The translations under genes were made by a program, and so were the position numbers. DNA of 64,000 nucleotides from a virus (lineage: Duplodnaviria > Caudoviricetes): the IMG/VR virus record IMGVR_UViG_3300014205_000002, positions 64,001 to 128,000 of that record. The stretch is one strand, 5' to 3'. The notes beneath the pieces are model-generated. The model made no database searches. It was not told the DNA's origin and saw only the letters and a list, made by a program, of their open reading frames with translations. Positions 28,389 through 37,236 of the stretch are shown here, piece after piece (within the stretch, counting starts at the first letter, position 1; each line of letters starts with the position of its first letter).

Positions 28389-28712
28389 ATGGACCCTAGC
28401 GCACAGATCCAGGTTGACAAACTGCGACCTAAAATGATCGAAGCATTTTGCGTCAATTTCAATAAAAGTGAAGAAGAAGTAACTACGGCTATGAAAAGCG
28501 TGGGACATAAGTTCTTCATTGTAATATCAACTCGCCAACATGAATCATACGGATTGATGGCAACATTTATGGTTCCAGCCATCCGCAATAACCAACCAGA
28601 CTTTTCGGTCGAGGAGGCGCTAGTTGACGACGACTATATAGATTACTCGATTCGAGTTATTATCCAGTCAATCGAATCCGTCAACAATACGACCATCAGG
28701 CTTTCGCTATAA
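28389..28712 (+). CDS. Cassette ORF, 107 aa, markedly AT-rich
   Basis: GAGAGG RBS; ends TCG CTA TAA, the left arm of degenerate site 10. Confidence 0.65.
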   Translation: MDPSAQIQVDKLRPKMIEAFCVNFNKSEEEVTTAMKSVGHKFFIVISTRQHESYGLMATFMVPAIRNNQPDFSVEEALVDDDYIDYSIRVIIQSIESVNNTTIRLSL

Positions 28713-28796
28713 CTCCAAAACCCTTAAAAATAGCACGTAATATACTGACCAGATACCTAGACAACGACGGCGGCACGACCGCCAGGAGGATACCCA

Positions 28797-29165
28797 TTGA
28801 AGCAAGAACGCAAAGAGGCGCTGAGGAAGCTCGGCAAGGCCGCAGAGCGGTTCCGGCTGCTCGCGGCGGTGCCGATGCAACGCACCATCCGCCCCGGCGG
28901 CATCATCGTCCAGGCCGCCGAGGACGTGAACCTGTTTCTGCTGGCCGAGGGCATCGGCCTGGCGGGCGGCGACGGCCTGTTGCTGCTCACCGAGTTGGCG
29001 GCCACGCGGAAGGCGCTGGCGGATCTACTGGAGCACCACGAGGACGAGCCCGATCGGCCAGCCGTCAAGAACGCCAGCGCGATGCTGGAAGGAATCCACG
29101 AACACGTGGCGCTGATGCGGGACTTCGGCCCTGCCTCCGCTAAACAGAGCGAAGGCGGGCTGTGA
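28797..29165 (+). CDS. Hypothetical protein
   Basis: AGGAGG RBS, TTG start. Confidence 0.6.
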   Translation: MKQERKEALRKLGKAAERFRLLAAVPMQRTIRPGGIIVQAAEDVNLFLLAEGIGLAGGDGLLLLTELAATRKALADLLEHHEDEPDRPAVKNASAMLEGIHEHVALMRDFGPASAKQSEGGL

Positions 29166-29404
29166 TGCGGCGAGAGATTCCCATTACCCAGGGACCCAAC
29201 CGCACCGTGGCGATGACCCAACACGGCGACACGTTGAGTCTCTATGAGCGTGCGGACGGCCGGGAAAACCGGGTGTTTATTGCGCCCGAGGAGTTGGCAC
29301 TGGTTGCGCTCTCCGCGTCGGGACGCTTCCAGGAACGCTACTCCGCGGAGATTGAGCGGTTGCAGGGCCAGGCCGACTCACCGGGCGAAGGCGGCGGCGC
29401 ATGA
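29162..29404 (+). CDS. Hypothetical protein
   Basis: Overlaps both neighbours by 4 bp. Confidence 0.55.
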   Translation: MMRREIPITQGPNRTVAMTQHGDTLSLYERADGRENRVFIAPEELALVALSASGRFQERYSAEIERLQGQADSPGEGGGA

Positions 29405-29607
29405 CGAGCGTTTATCCCATCGGGCCGCTCGGCGAACCCGAAGATAGTCGGGCGTGGTCGAACGGCATTCCGCCGTGCGGTCCCTGTGGACGCGGGGAGC
29501 ACGATGAGTGCAAGGGTGGATTCGAGGACCTGGCCGGATACCGTCAGTGCTGGTGCCCTGTTTGCTACCCCGCCTCTTCGCGCAAAGACGGCGATCAGCA
29601 CGGATAG
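29401..29607 (+). CDS. Small Cys-rich protein
   Basis: CGPC..H..C..CWCPVC; TAG directly before site 11. Confidence 0.55.
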   Translation: MTSVYPIGPLGEPEDSRAWSNGIPPCGPCGRGEHDECKGGFEDLAGYRQCWCPVCYPASSRKDGDQHG

Positions 29608-29645
29608 TCAATGTAACAGCCGATTCATTGCAAAAAGGAGTCCTG

Positions 29646-29993
29646 ATGACTTGCTGCCATTGTTCAAGCGCCAACTTGGAATACGCCACGAAGCGCGCCC
29701 GCGAGGCTGAAGTTGAACTGGCTCGACTCCAGGCAGACGTCGCACGCATCCGCGGCGAGAACCAGAACCTCCACTACGCCATGCTCGTCGTCCGAGATCT
29801 GGTTGGCTTACAGACGCGGGATGCCTACCTTGACCCGGCCTTTGGGCAGATGGTGAAGCTCCCGGCTGACTGGCGAAAGTGGACGACCGAGCAGTATCAG
29901 GAATGGATCGATGGGCAGCAGCCAGAACTGCGCCGGGCCGTCGAGTTCCTGGACAAGATGGAGGGCGTCGTTGGCGTCGTCCCAGCAATATAA
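29646..29993 (+). CDS. Cassette ORF, 115 aa, coiled-coil
   Basis: AAAGGAG RBS; ends GCA ATA TAA, the left arm of site 12. Confidence 0.65.
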   Translation: MTCCHCSSANLEYATKRAREAEVELARLQADVARIRGENQNLHYAMLVVRDLVGLQTRDAYLDPAFGQMVKLPADWRKWTTEQYQEWIDGQQPELRRAVEFLDKMEGVVGVVPAI

Positions 29994-30020
29994 CCCCTGA
30001 CTCATTGAAAGGATGGCATT

Positions 30021-30497
30021 TTGCCCAACAAGACGGAACCTGAAATTGGCATGTTGGTCACCAAATGGAAGCACCAATACACGGTCGCCAGCGTGAAGGT
30101 TGGCCTGATCGCCGGGCCTCACGTCCGACTCTCTGGCGATGGCCCAGATGCGGACGGAAGCCTGGTCGCATGGTCGCTCTGCACGCCTGTCGTTACCGAC
30201 CTAAAAGAGGGAAACATGCAGATACTCAAAACCGGCGACAAGGTTCGTCCTCTTAGAGAGTTCGACCTCAGCACCTCGGCCACTCGCAAGATCGTTCCGG
30301 CCGGCACGCCCGGCGTGGTCATCGAGGATCTGAACGAGGTCGTGGCGAAGGAGAACCAGCGACCCGAGATCTACGGGCCGCCCAGCCACCGTCACAAGGA
30401 CCTCGCCCTGGTCCGCTTTGAGGGCCACGACGCCCAGGGGTGGCTGCGGTACGCCGACATCGAGTTGATCGAGGCTGCGGAAGAGGGGTCGACATGA
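30021..30497 (+). CDS. Hypothetical protein (possible internal start at MQILKTG)
   Basis: GAAAGGA RBS from site 12, TTG start. Confidence 0.55.
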   Translation: MPNKTEPEIGMLVTKWKHQYTVASVKVGLIAGPHVRLSGDGPDADGSLVAWSLCTPVVTDLKEGNMQILKTGDKVRPLREFDLSTSATRKIVPAGTPGVVIEDLNEVVAKENQRPEIYGPPSHRHKDLALVRFEGHDAQGWLRYADIELIEAAEEGST

Positions 30498-30781
30498 CCA
30501 AAAACACCGTCAGGCACAACTCAGTCGAGGTTGTCGTCACCCACCCTGGCAAGAAGCCCATCAGCGACGAGCAGGCGCTGGAGTTGGTCAAGTTCGCCGA
30601 AGTGGAGGGTCGTCGCTGGAAGTCGGCGCTGAGTGGCTTGTGGATGCGCGCGGCGGCGAACCCGCTGCTTCATCAGCTGAGAAACTCACATGGTCCGACT
30701 TGGTTGCAAGGCGTCCGAATCAATGCGTCCGGCGAGGGGTCTTTTGGTGTTCCTGCCGATCGCGGACTGCCTCCCGATTGA
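30494..30781 (+). CDS. Hypothetical phage protein
   Basis: GRRWKSAL..W..LHQLRNSHGPTWL motif; ATGA overlap. Confidence 0.6.
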   Translation: MTKNTVRHNSVEVVVTHPGKKPISDEQALELVKFAEVEGRRWKSALSGLWMRAAANPLLHQLRNSHGPTWLQGVRINASGEGSFGVPADRGLPPD

Positions 30782-31200
30782 TGACGTCACATGACGACAC
30801 CCTGGCGCGGGTCGGCCTGGCGGTGCCGGGCCTACTCGCCATGGTGCGGCCGCTGGAGAAGATCCAGCAGTATGCAACGGAGCTGGCGGCCGCGCTGGAG
30901 TCTGACGGCCAGGGCGCTAGCCTGCGCGGTGAGGCCAAATACGCCTACAGCATGCTACGGGCAGCGCTGGACGCCGCCGACCCACAAAGGAGCAAGGACT
31001 TGAATAAGCTGTTTACGATCACGGATCCCGCCACCGGCGCGGTGGTGCATGGCCTTGAGGGCCTGCCGCGCGACCATGCGCAGATGATGATGATCGAGAG
31101 CATGGCGAAGCCGCTCGACGAGCTGGAAGTCGGTGAGATCACGACCTGCCGCTTTGCATCCAGCGATCGCGGCACCTACAACGTCTTTCGCGCCCAGTAA
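30781..31200 (+). CDS. Hypothetical protein
   Basis: TGATG overlap. Confidence 0.6.
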   Translation: MTSHDDTLARVGLAVPGLLAMVRPLEKIQQYATELAAALESDGQGASLRGEAKYAYSMLRAALDAADPQRSKDLNKLFTITDPATGAVVHGLEGLPRDHAQMMMIESMAKPLDELEVGEITTCRFASSDRGTYNVFRAQ

Positions 31201-31213
31201 GGAGGGGTCTGAA

Positions 31214-31837
31214 ATGCCCATCTATCCCCCGAACAGGCAGAAGTGGCAGGTCGACGACCTGGTGCTGGCAGACGCCGACGCCAAGGACATATTCATGCTC
31301 ATGGTCGTGGTCAGCGACCAACTCACCCGTGAAGAGGAGCAGCAGGATCTGATCGCGCTGCGCTACCTCGTGCCACGACGCAATTACGGCACCGAGCGGA
31401 TCTACAAGGGCCACTACAGCCACTACCATGATCCGCGCATCTGGCTGAACATGGCCGCCGTCAACCTGCACGAACTCGCGGAGAAACCGAAGCCCAGCCG
31501 CAACCCCCTCGGGGTGCGTGACCTCGACTCGATGGGTATCGTCGGAGAGTACGGCGTCATCCTGCCAGACTTCGCCAACAGCTGGCTCGTGAAGCCTCAG
31601 GCCGCAGCCGTCTTCGACGCCGTCGCCGCCATGCGGGATCGCGCCCATCGGCATGCGGCCTTCCATGTTCCGGGCGACGAGGCGATCGCCATCGAGAACC
31701 AGTTCGCCCAGAGCGCCCCGTGCCGCTGCACGTTCTGGCACGACCCCGCTACCTGTGCGTGGCCGGTCGTGGCGATCGCCGAGGCCTTCTGTCGTTACAT
31801 CGACGCGCACGACCTGGTCGCGCGCGTCAAAGCCTGA
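31214..31837 (+). CDS. Hypothetical protein
   Basis: AAGGAGG RBS. Confidence 0.65.
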   Translation: MPIYPPNRQKWQVDDLVLADADAKDIFMLMVVVSDQLTREEEQQDLIALRYLVPRRNYGTERIYKGHYSHYHDPRIWLNMAAVNLHELAEKPKPSRNPLGVRDLDSMGIVGEYGVILPDFANSWLVKPQAAAVFDAVAAMRDRAHRHAAFHVPGDEAIAIENQFAQSAPCRCTFWHDPATCAWPVVAIAEAFCRYIDAHDLVARVKA

Positions 31838-31849
31838 GGAAAAGGATCC

Positions 31850-32227
31850 ATGAACAAAAAGACCAAGACCACAGGCGACCTCGATCGCCCGGTGATCATC
31901 TACATCTACAAGGGCGGCGCGATCGATTTCAAGCACAAGCATGACAACGCCAAGAATCTGGACGGTGCGCTGCCCATCTTCTCGGTGGACAGCGAGGCGG
32001 ATGCGGAGCAACTCCAGACGTCCTTCTGCAAGCTCTCGCGCGACGACAACAAGACCATGGTCCTGCCGTTTAGCGGAAAATACGAGCACATGGAGAAGGT
32101 CACGGATATGCTCAGGGCCTGCTACGCCCTGCGCAAGGCCGGCGTCACCGGTGCCGCCTTCTGGGAGCCGTTCGTCGCCTACCGGAAGGAGTGCGGGCTT
32201 GAGGAAGTCTACCCCGCCGCCGAGTAG
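31850..32227 (+). CDS. Hypothetical protein
   Basis: AAAGGA RBS. Confidence 0.65.
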   Translation: MNKKTKTTGDLDRPVIIYIYKGGAIDFKHKHDNAKNLDGALPIFSVDSEADAEQLQTSFCKLSRDDNKTMVLPFSGKYEHMEKVTDMLRACYALRKAGVTGAAFWEPFVAYRKECGLEEVYPAAE

Positions 32228-32398
32228 CCGCCCGTCGCTCGTCGATCGCCTGTGGAACCTGCTGCACCACGGGCGAAGCCAGCGCCATCCGGTGGTACCC
32301 TGTGGAGGGTGCGGCCGGCCGATCGGTCTCGCGTCGCCCCATGTCCTCCTCGGCGAGGTTCCCTTCCACACGGGCTGTCAGCCCAAGGAGATCGTCAC

Positions 32399-32644
32399 AT
32401 GAACCCGGAGATCCAAGAATTGCTGGCGGAAATGTCCGCCGACGACTATTGCAAGTTCAAGTTTGGCAAGCGCATCGAGAAGGCGCTCAAGGCGGCTCCC
32501 GTACCCCCCTCGGATCTGGAGCCTGCGATCGCGCTACTTCGCGAGGGCATGGCGAAGCTGGAGGAGGCAACGGGTAAGAAGACCCCGCCCAAAAGCCGTG
32601 GCCCCAAGGCCGCAGTCGACCAGCAACCTGCCCAGCCCAAGTAG
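32399..32644 (+). CDS. Hypothetical protein
   Basis: AAGGAG RBS, start MNPEIQ. Confidence 0.6.
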   Translation: MNPEIQELLAEMSADDYCKFKFGKRIEKALKAAPVPPSDLEPAIALLREGMAKLEEATGKKTPPKSRGPKAAVDQQPAQPK

Positions 32645-32992
32645 TCTCGTCAGCCAACTCCCCTGGCGAAGAAGACCGGGGGAGCACCTGTTGGCGAAGC
32701 CGGGGGAGCGATCCTGTGGAGGTTGCCGATTCCTCAAAATGAGTCCGAATGAGGCGAACGGAAAGGCTCCCAACGCCTCCGACGAGGATCTTCCCTGCCT
32801 ACGCTTCGGTCAGCGGGCAGGGTTCCGTGCGTGCCGGGCCTTCGAGGCTCCAGACCGCCCAGAGAAGAGGTGAGAACGTGATTCGCAACGTATCCCGAGA
32901 GACCCTGAGCCAGGTGGCCGATGCCGCCGCCAAGATTGTGCTGGGCGTCGCGTCGCTCGTCGCCATCTACCAGGCCACGAAGGAGGGACACC

Positions 32993-35164
32993 ATGCCCCA
33001 GGCACCGACATTGTCCCCGCCGAGGACGCAAGCTGAGTTCGCCGAGCTCGGGTTTATGCCCGCTCCGGCCGTGAAGTATTTCTACAAGGACCATGAGCAT
33101 GTCACGCCGCCGGTCCAGCACTACATGCTCCAGAGCATGCGGGTGAACGAGCTGCATACGCTCAGGGGCGTGAACAACGTGTTCTTCGTGAAGCACATGG
33201 GTGAGCTCTGGCTGTGGCCGATCCACAGCCGGGGCTTCGAGGCCTTTGACACATTCATTCACAACCAGGTCTGGGAGGGCGAGGTCTTCGCCAAGATCGA
33301 TCGCAAGGTCGCGAAGGCGATGGGCGACGCGCCAGGCGTCTCGGTGATCCAGGCCCAGGCGGATGGCGGATACATCTGTCGGCTCGACCGGTACGGCGAT
33401 CTGTTCGTTTCCGACACCTACGGCGGCTGGGACAAGCCCGGTCGCCCGCGGGGAGAGAAGCCGCAATTCCATGAGAACGGCTTCGCCTGGCGCTCAGACA
33501 TGGTCGCGGCCGCGTGCATGCTCTGTCCGGACAAGAAGCCGACCTGCATGATGCGGGGGGACGGCCGCGGCGATTACAAGTCGACGCCCAAGGACACCCG
33601 CTGGGTGCAGGACACCCAGGGGCGCTTCCACCACGCGCGCATCGAATACGACGGAACGACCAGCACAGGCCGGGTAGTCGAGATGGCGATCGCACCCGCA
33701 TGCGTGAACAAGACCTTCGTGAAGCTCAAGCCGGAGTTCAAGCTCGACGTCGCGGTTTTTGAGGTCGCAGCGCACCACGGCGAGATGGAGCCGCTCTCTC
33801 AGAGGCTCCGTGAGGCGGCCTGCGATAACTGCGCAGGCTGCTCGCACAAGAAGATGATCGGCAAGAGCCGGCTTGAGCGGAACGAGAATTGCGTGATCAG
33901 CACGAAAGAGTTGGTCGCGGACGTACTCGGCTGGGTCGACCAGACGTTCGGTCGCCGCCGACTCGTTAACCTGCTCGCGGCCATGGATTACGAGTACCGT
34001 GTGCGCGGCCAGGGCCGCAAGGCCTACCGTATCTCCGGCTGGAACTGGCGCAAGGGCCTGGTCAAGCTGCGGCACCAGGTCTGGACCGGCGGGTTCCACG
34101 ACGGTCACAAGGAGATTGAGGCGCTGCCAGCGGACATCACGGCGGTCCGGAAAGCCTACACCGATAGCGAAGAGGCGAAGCAGAGCAAGGTGTTACGCCG
34201 TTACCGTCAGCGCACGTTGGATCTGGAATGCGAAACGGATCAGTTTACGATCAGTGATGAAAACTTGGCTGCCGTGGCGCTGACGCTCAACCTGTTCAGC
34301 CACAGTGACAAGCCGACGGTGTTCGTGCCGAAAGACATGTACAAGCTCAAGGGCTTTCGCACCACAATTCACCAGAGTCGCGGTGAAAAACATCACATCG
34401 CCTGTATCTTGATGGATACCACTCGCCGGAACAACGACGAGAAACGGTTCTGGATCATGGGCTGGGAAAATACAATGGAGCAATTCGGCTCTTTTCCGCG
34501 CAGCCGCTACGACGAAGTCAAGAGAGGAGGGCTCCCGCCCTTGCCACCGACACCCAGTGAACCAGACAGCATGGCGATCATGCGAAGCCTTCCGCGCATC
34601 AGCGAGGGTTTTCAGTCGCAACTCCTCAACCGAGCGGTCGAGGATCTCGTCTTCCCGATGTTCGAGGACGACAACCTCAAGACGTACTTCAATCGCCGCT
34701 TTTTCCACGGTGGTGATCTGTGTGACCCGAACGCCGACGCGCTGTATGTGCTCTACAAACCTCGCGTCAACCAACTCCGGCAGCCCATGGACGACATCGC
34801 CCAGGTCCTCGGACACATGACCTTCTACTGCGACGTGCCGGCTGCGGGCGGCTGGTTCTCTGATGACGACGTGCGAGCCATGTTGGTTGCGCACCGGCTG
34901 CGGGTGGTGGACGCACGGGGTGTCGAGATCCCCGATGCGCTCCAGTGGATCGCTCCGATCGGACTGGAAGCCGGCAAGCCCTGGGCGACCGGTCCGTGCG
35001 AGGCTGGCGCTCATGCCTACATCCTGCCCGCAGAGCCTGGCAAGTCCATCCCTGCGCGCCTGGAGGTCGGCTACCGGATGAAGGTCACGAGCGGTGAGGA
35101 TTCCAATAAGCAGGCAGTGCAGAGCCTGCTGTTCGTTCAGCCACTCGCGCCAGGCAGGCCATGA
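32993..35164 (+). CDS. Large hypothetical protein with Cys clusters (723 aa)
   Basis: AAGGAGG RBS; CMLC and CDNCAGC motifs; no family recognised. Confidence 0.7.
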   Translation: MPQAPTLSPPRTQAEFAELGFMPAPAVKYFYKDHEHVTPPVQHYMLQSMRVNELHTLRGVNNVFFVKHMGELWLWPIHSRGFEAFDTFIHNQVWEGEVFAKIDRKVAKAMGDAPGVSVIQAQADGGYICRLDRYGDLFVSDTYGGWDKPGRPRGEKPQFHENGFAWRSDMVAAACMLCPDKKPTCMMRGDGRGDYKSTPKDTRWVQDTQGRFHHARIEYDGTTSTGRVVEMAIAPACVNKTFVKLKPEFKLDVAVFEVAAHHGEMEPLSQRLREAACDNCAGCSHKKMIGKSRLERNENCVISTKELVADVLGWVDQTFGRRRLVNLLAAMDYEYRVRGQGRKAYRISGWNWRKGLVKLRHQVWTGGFHDGHKEIEALPADITAVRKAYTDSEEAKQSKVLRRYRQRTLDLECETDQFTISDENLAAVALTLNLFSHSDKPTVFVPKDMYKLKGFRTTIHQSRGEKHHIACILMDTTRRNNDEKRFWIMGWENTMEQFGSFPRSRYDEVKRGGLPPLPPTPSEPDSMAIMRSLPRISEGFQSQLLNRAVEDLVFPMFEDDNLKTYFNRRFFHGGDLCDPNADALYVLYKPRVNQLRQPMDDIAQVLGHMTFYCDVPAAGGWFSDDDVRAMLVAHRLRVVDARGVEIPDALQWIAPIGLEAGKPWATGPCEAGAHAYILPAEPGKSIPARLEVGYRMKVTSGEDSNKQAVQSLLFVQPLAPGRP

Positions 35165-35199
35165 ACTGGTTTGACGCGCCAGCGCTCCTCCTCGACCTG

Positions 35200-35328
35200 C
35201 CCGAACAGGTATAATGAGTCACCCAGCCATCCGAGAGGATGGTCGGGCCTGAAACTTACCGTAGGGCCACGAAGGGGATGCGGCTCCCCTCGACGGCCGT
35301 TCCGTCTTGATGAAAGGACACCACCACC
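35200..35328 (+). promoter_or_regulatory. TATAAT promoter and hairpin-rich leader of the AAA/vWA operon
   Basis: TATAAT at 35210-35215; GCCATCC-GAGA-GGATGGT hairpin; second hairpin GGGGA..TCCCC. Confidence 0.5.
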
Positions 35329-36660
35329 ATGGCATACCGTCTCAACCTCGCCATCAAGTTCGCCTTCGCCGCCGACCGCACCGCCGAGCTGGCTCCGGCC
35401 GGCCAGGTGCGCAACTACACGACCGTCATGGGGATTGGCGAGAAGTCGCAGGGCAAGACCGCGACCGTCAAAGCCGCCGCCCAGCAGATCGCCCAGGCCC
35501 TCGGCAAGAAATTCGTCGAGAGCGCCTCACCCGGCCCCGACGAGTTCGGCTTCTGCATCGCGGACCTCTCCGGCGACACCGCAGAGTCGATCGCGGGCCT
35601 GATGGATCGCGAGGAGCGCGAGGGCCGTCGCGTCACCATCTTCGACGCGCACCACTGGTTCCCGCGCCAGGGCACGGGCATCCTCGTGTTCGACGAATGG
35701 AACCGCATCAGCCCGATGGCCGCCCCCGTACTCCAGCAGGCCGCCGACAAGCACCAGCTGGGCCCGCACACCGCGCCCAAGGGCTGGACCTTCGTGTTCA
35801 TCGGTAACCCGCCCGAGGGGGCCTCAGGTAATCAGTACCAGGTCAATGAGGGCTTTGACGACTCGTTCTTCTCGCGCTTCACGGTACTGCCGGTCAGTAT
35901 TGGCAAGGAGGACTTCGTTCGTTATGCCCTGTCACAGGGCTTCCGCAATGAGGTCGTCAACTTCGTTGCGACCGCCGACGATCTGCTGACGGCACCCGAA
36001 GAGGGTCTCAGGCTGGAGAGCAAATTCCCGATCCATCCGAGCAGCCGCGCGCTGGAGACCGTGAACAACCTGCTCGAAGGCTGCGCCTATGCAGAGCGGA
36101 TCTTCAAGCTGCGGCACCTCACCGACCCCAAGAACGAGGATATGTTCCTGCATCTGGTCGGCGGCGCGCTGGGCAAGAAAACGGCGATCGCCATGCACCA
36201 GAGCCTGACGTCCCGCGAGAAGCCGCTGGACGCCGAGGACATCATGGACAACTACTCCTCCAGGGACGCCGAGAGCCAGGAGAGCCCACAGGACAAGGTG
36301 CGCCGCTGGAGCCAGCCGACCAACATGGATCAGGCGCTGCTTGCGACCATCACGAGCGAGCGGGTCGCTCGCTACATCATCGCGATCGATCGCGCCGACC
36401 GCGAGGCCATCAAGCGGATGGAAGCCAAGCTCGGCAACCTCGACGCCTTCCTCGGTGACCTGCGCCATGAGGAGGTGACGATGTTCAATCGCACCATTCA
36501 GCAACACGGCTCGCGCGGCGTGAAGCTGCTCGACATCATTCAGAAGTACACCCAGCGCAACCTGCAAGGCATCGACGCGGGCCGTACGGGCTCGGTCGTG
36601 TCGAATGCGGAGCTGTACGACACCGACGACAGCCAGCCGCTCGCCGCGGCGACGGCCTAG
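35329..36660 (+). CDS. MoxR-like AAA+ ATPase
   Basis: GEKSQGKT Walker A, ILVFDEWNR Walker B, IGNP sensor 1, SRF Arg finger, PSSR. Confidence 0.85.
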   Translation: MAYRLNLAIKFAFAADRTAELAPAGQVRNYTTVMGIGEKSQGKTATVKAAAQQIAQALGKKFVESASPGPDEFGFCIADLSGDTAESIAGLMDREEREGRRVTIFDAHHWFPRQGTGILVFDEWNRISPMAAPVLQQAADKHQLGPHTAPKGWTFVFIGNPPEGASGNQYQVNEGFDDSFFSRFTVLPVSIGKEDFVRYALSQGFRNEVVNFVATADDLLTAPEEGLRLESKFPIHPSSRALETVNNLLEGCAYAERIFKLRHLTDPKNEDMFLHLVGGALGKKTAIAMHQSLTSREKPLDAEDIMDNYSSRDAESQESPQDKVRRWSQPTNMDQALLATITSERVARYIIAIDRADREAIKRMEAKLGNLDAFLGDLRHEEVTMFNRTIQQHGSRGVKLLDIIQKYTQRNLQGIDAGRTGSVVSNAELYDTDDSQPLAAATA

Positions 36661-36663
36661 CCC

Positions 36664-37236
36664 GTGCAGACCACTGTCGACGTCGAGGCGCTGCTCGCCC
36701 GCGCGAACGAGCGTGGCGACGCGACCTCGCTGATCATCGACCTCAAGCTCGTTTCGGCGGAGAAGATACGGATCTTCGCCGCCTCACTCGCGCGCGACGC
36801 ACTCAAGGCGGTTGAGAACGTGGATCTTCGCGCCGTCCGCTGCGTGCGCGCGGCGGAGGCCTACGCCCTGGGCACACTGTCAGCCAACACCTACGAGCAC
36901 ACCCGGCAGATATACAGTCATGCGCACATCGCCTGGACGGAGGTCCAGGCGGTGGTTCAGCAGAAGCCGGTCGAGCCGCCGCACATGCTTTGGGCCCTGC
37001 GCGACGCACGAATGGCCGCGTTCATCCTGCTCAACGATGTCTTTGCGGCCGACGTCTGTCCCGACGTCTGGTATGCGGCGGGATGCGTGATTCCGCTCTA
37101 CGCGACGGCGATGGCGCGCTCTCGACTAATCCCGGAGAAAACGGCGCGCTGGGTGGCGGCCCATCACCAGGCGATCGACAAGGTCGAACACGATCTGATT
37201 GCGCTCGTTCGCAGCGAAAAGGAGTCCGGATGCTGA
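36664..37236 (+). CDS. Imm5-like helical protein
   Basis: FAASLARDAL..DLRAVRCVRAAEAYALG resembles the Imm-5-like motif. Confidence 0.5.
   Translation: MQTTVDVEALLARANERGDATSLIIDLKLVSAEKIRIFAASLARDALKAVENVDLRAVRCVRAAEAYALGTLSANTYEHTRQIYSHAHIAWTEVQAVVQQKPVEPPHMLWALRDARMAAFILLNDVFAADVCPDVWYAAGCVIPLYATAMARSRLIPEKTARWVAAHHQAIDKVEHDLIALVRSEKESGC

Larger units (their letters stand above)
25757..30008 (+). mobile_element. Putative gene-cassette array delimited by 12 dif-like 24-bp sites
   Basis: Sites start at 25757, 25937, 26340, 26573, 26802, 27004, 27608, 28135, 28354, 28704, 29608 and 29985; all are 9-6-9 bp and at gene boundaries. Confidence 0.65.

Noticed and set aside
25757-30008. Cassette motif read as only a Shine-Dalgarno sequence or as a CRISPR array
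   Set aside because: Conservation extends 24 bp upstream of the SD as a fixed-geometry inverted repeat, and the intervals are 180-900 bp and protein-coding, unlike CRISPR spacers.
35171-35215. TTGACG plus TATAAT as a sigma70 promoter (also 15353-15367)
   Set aside because: Spacing is 33 bp and 3 bp respectively, not about 17 bp.
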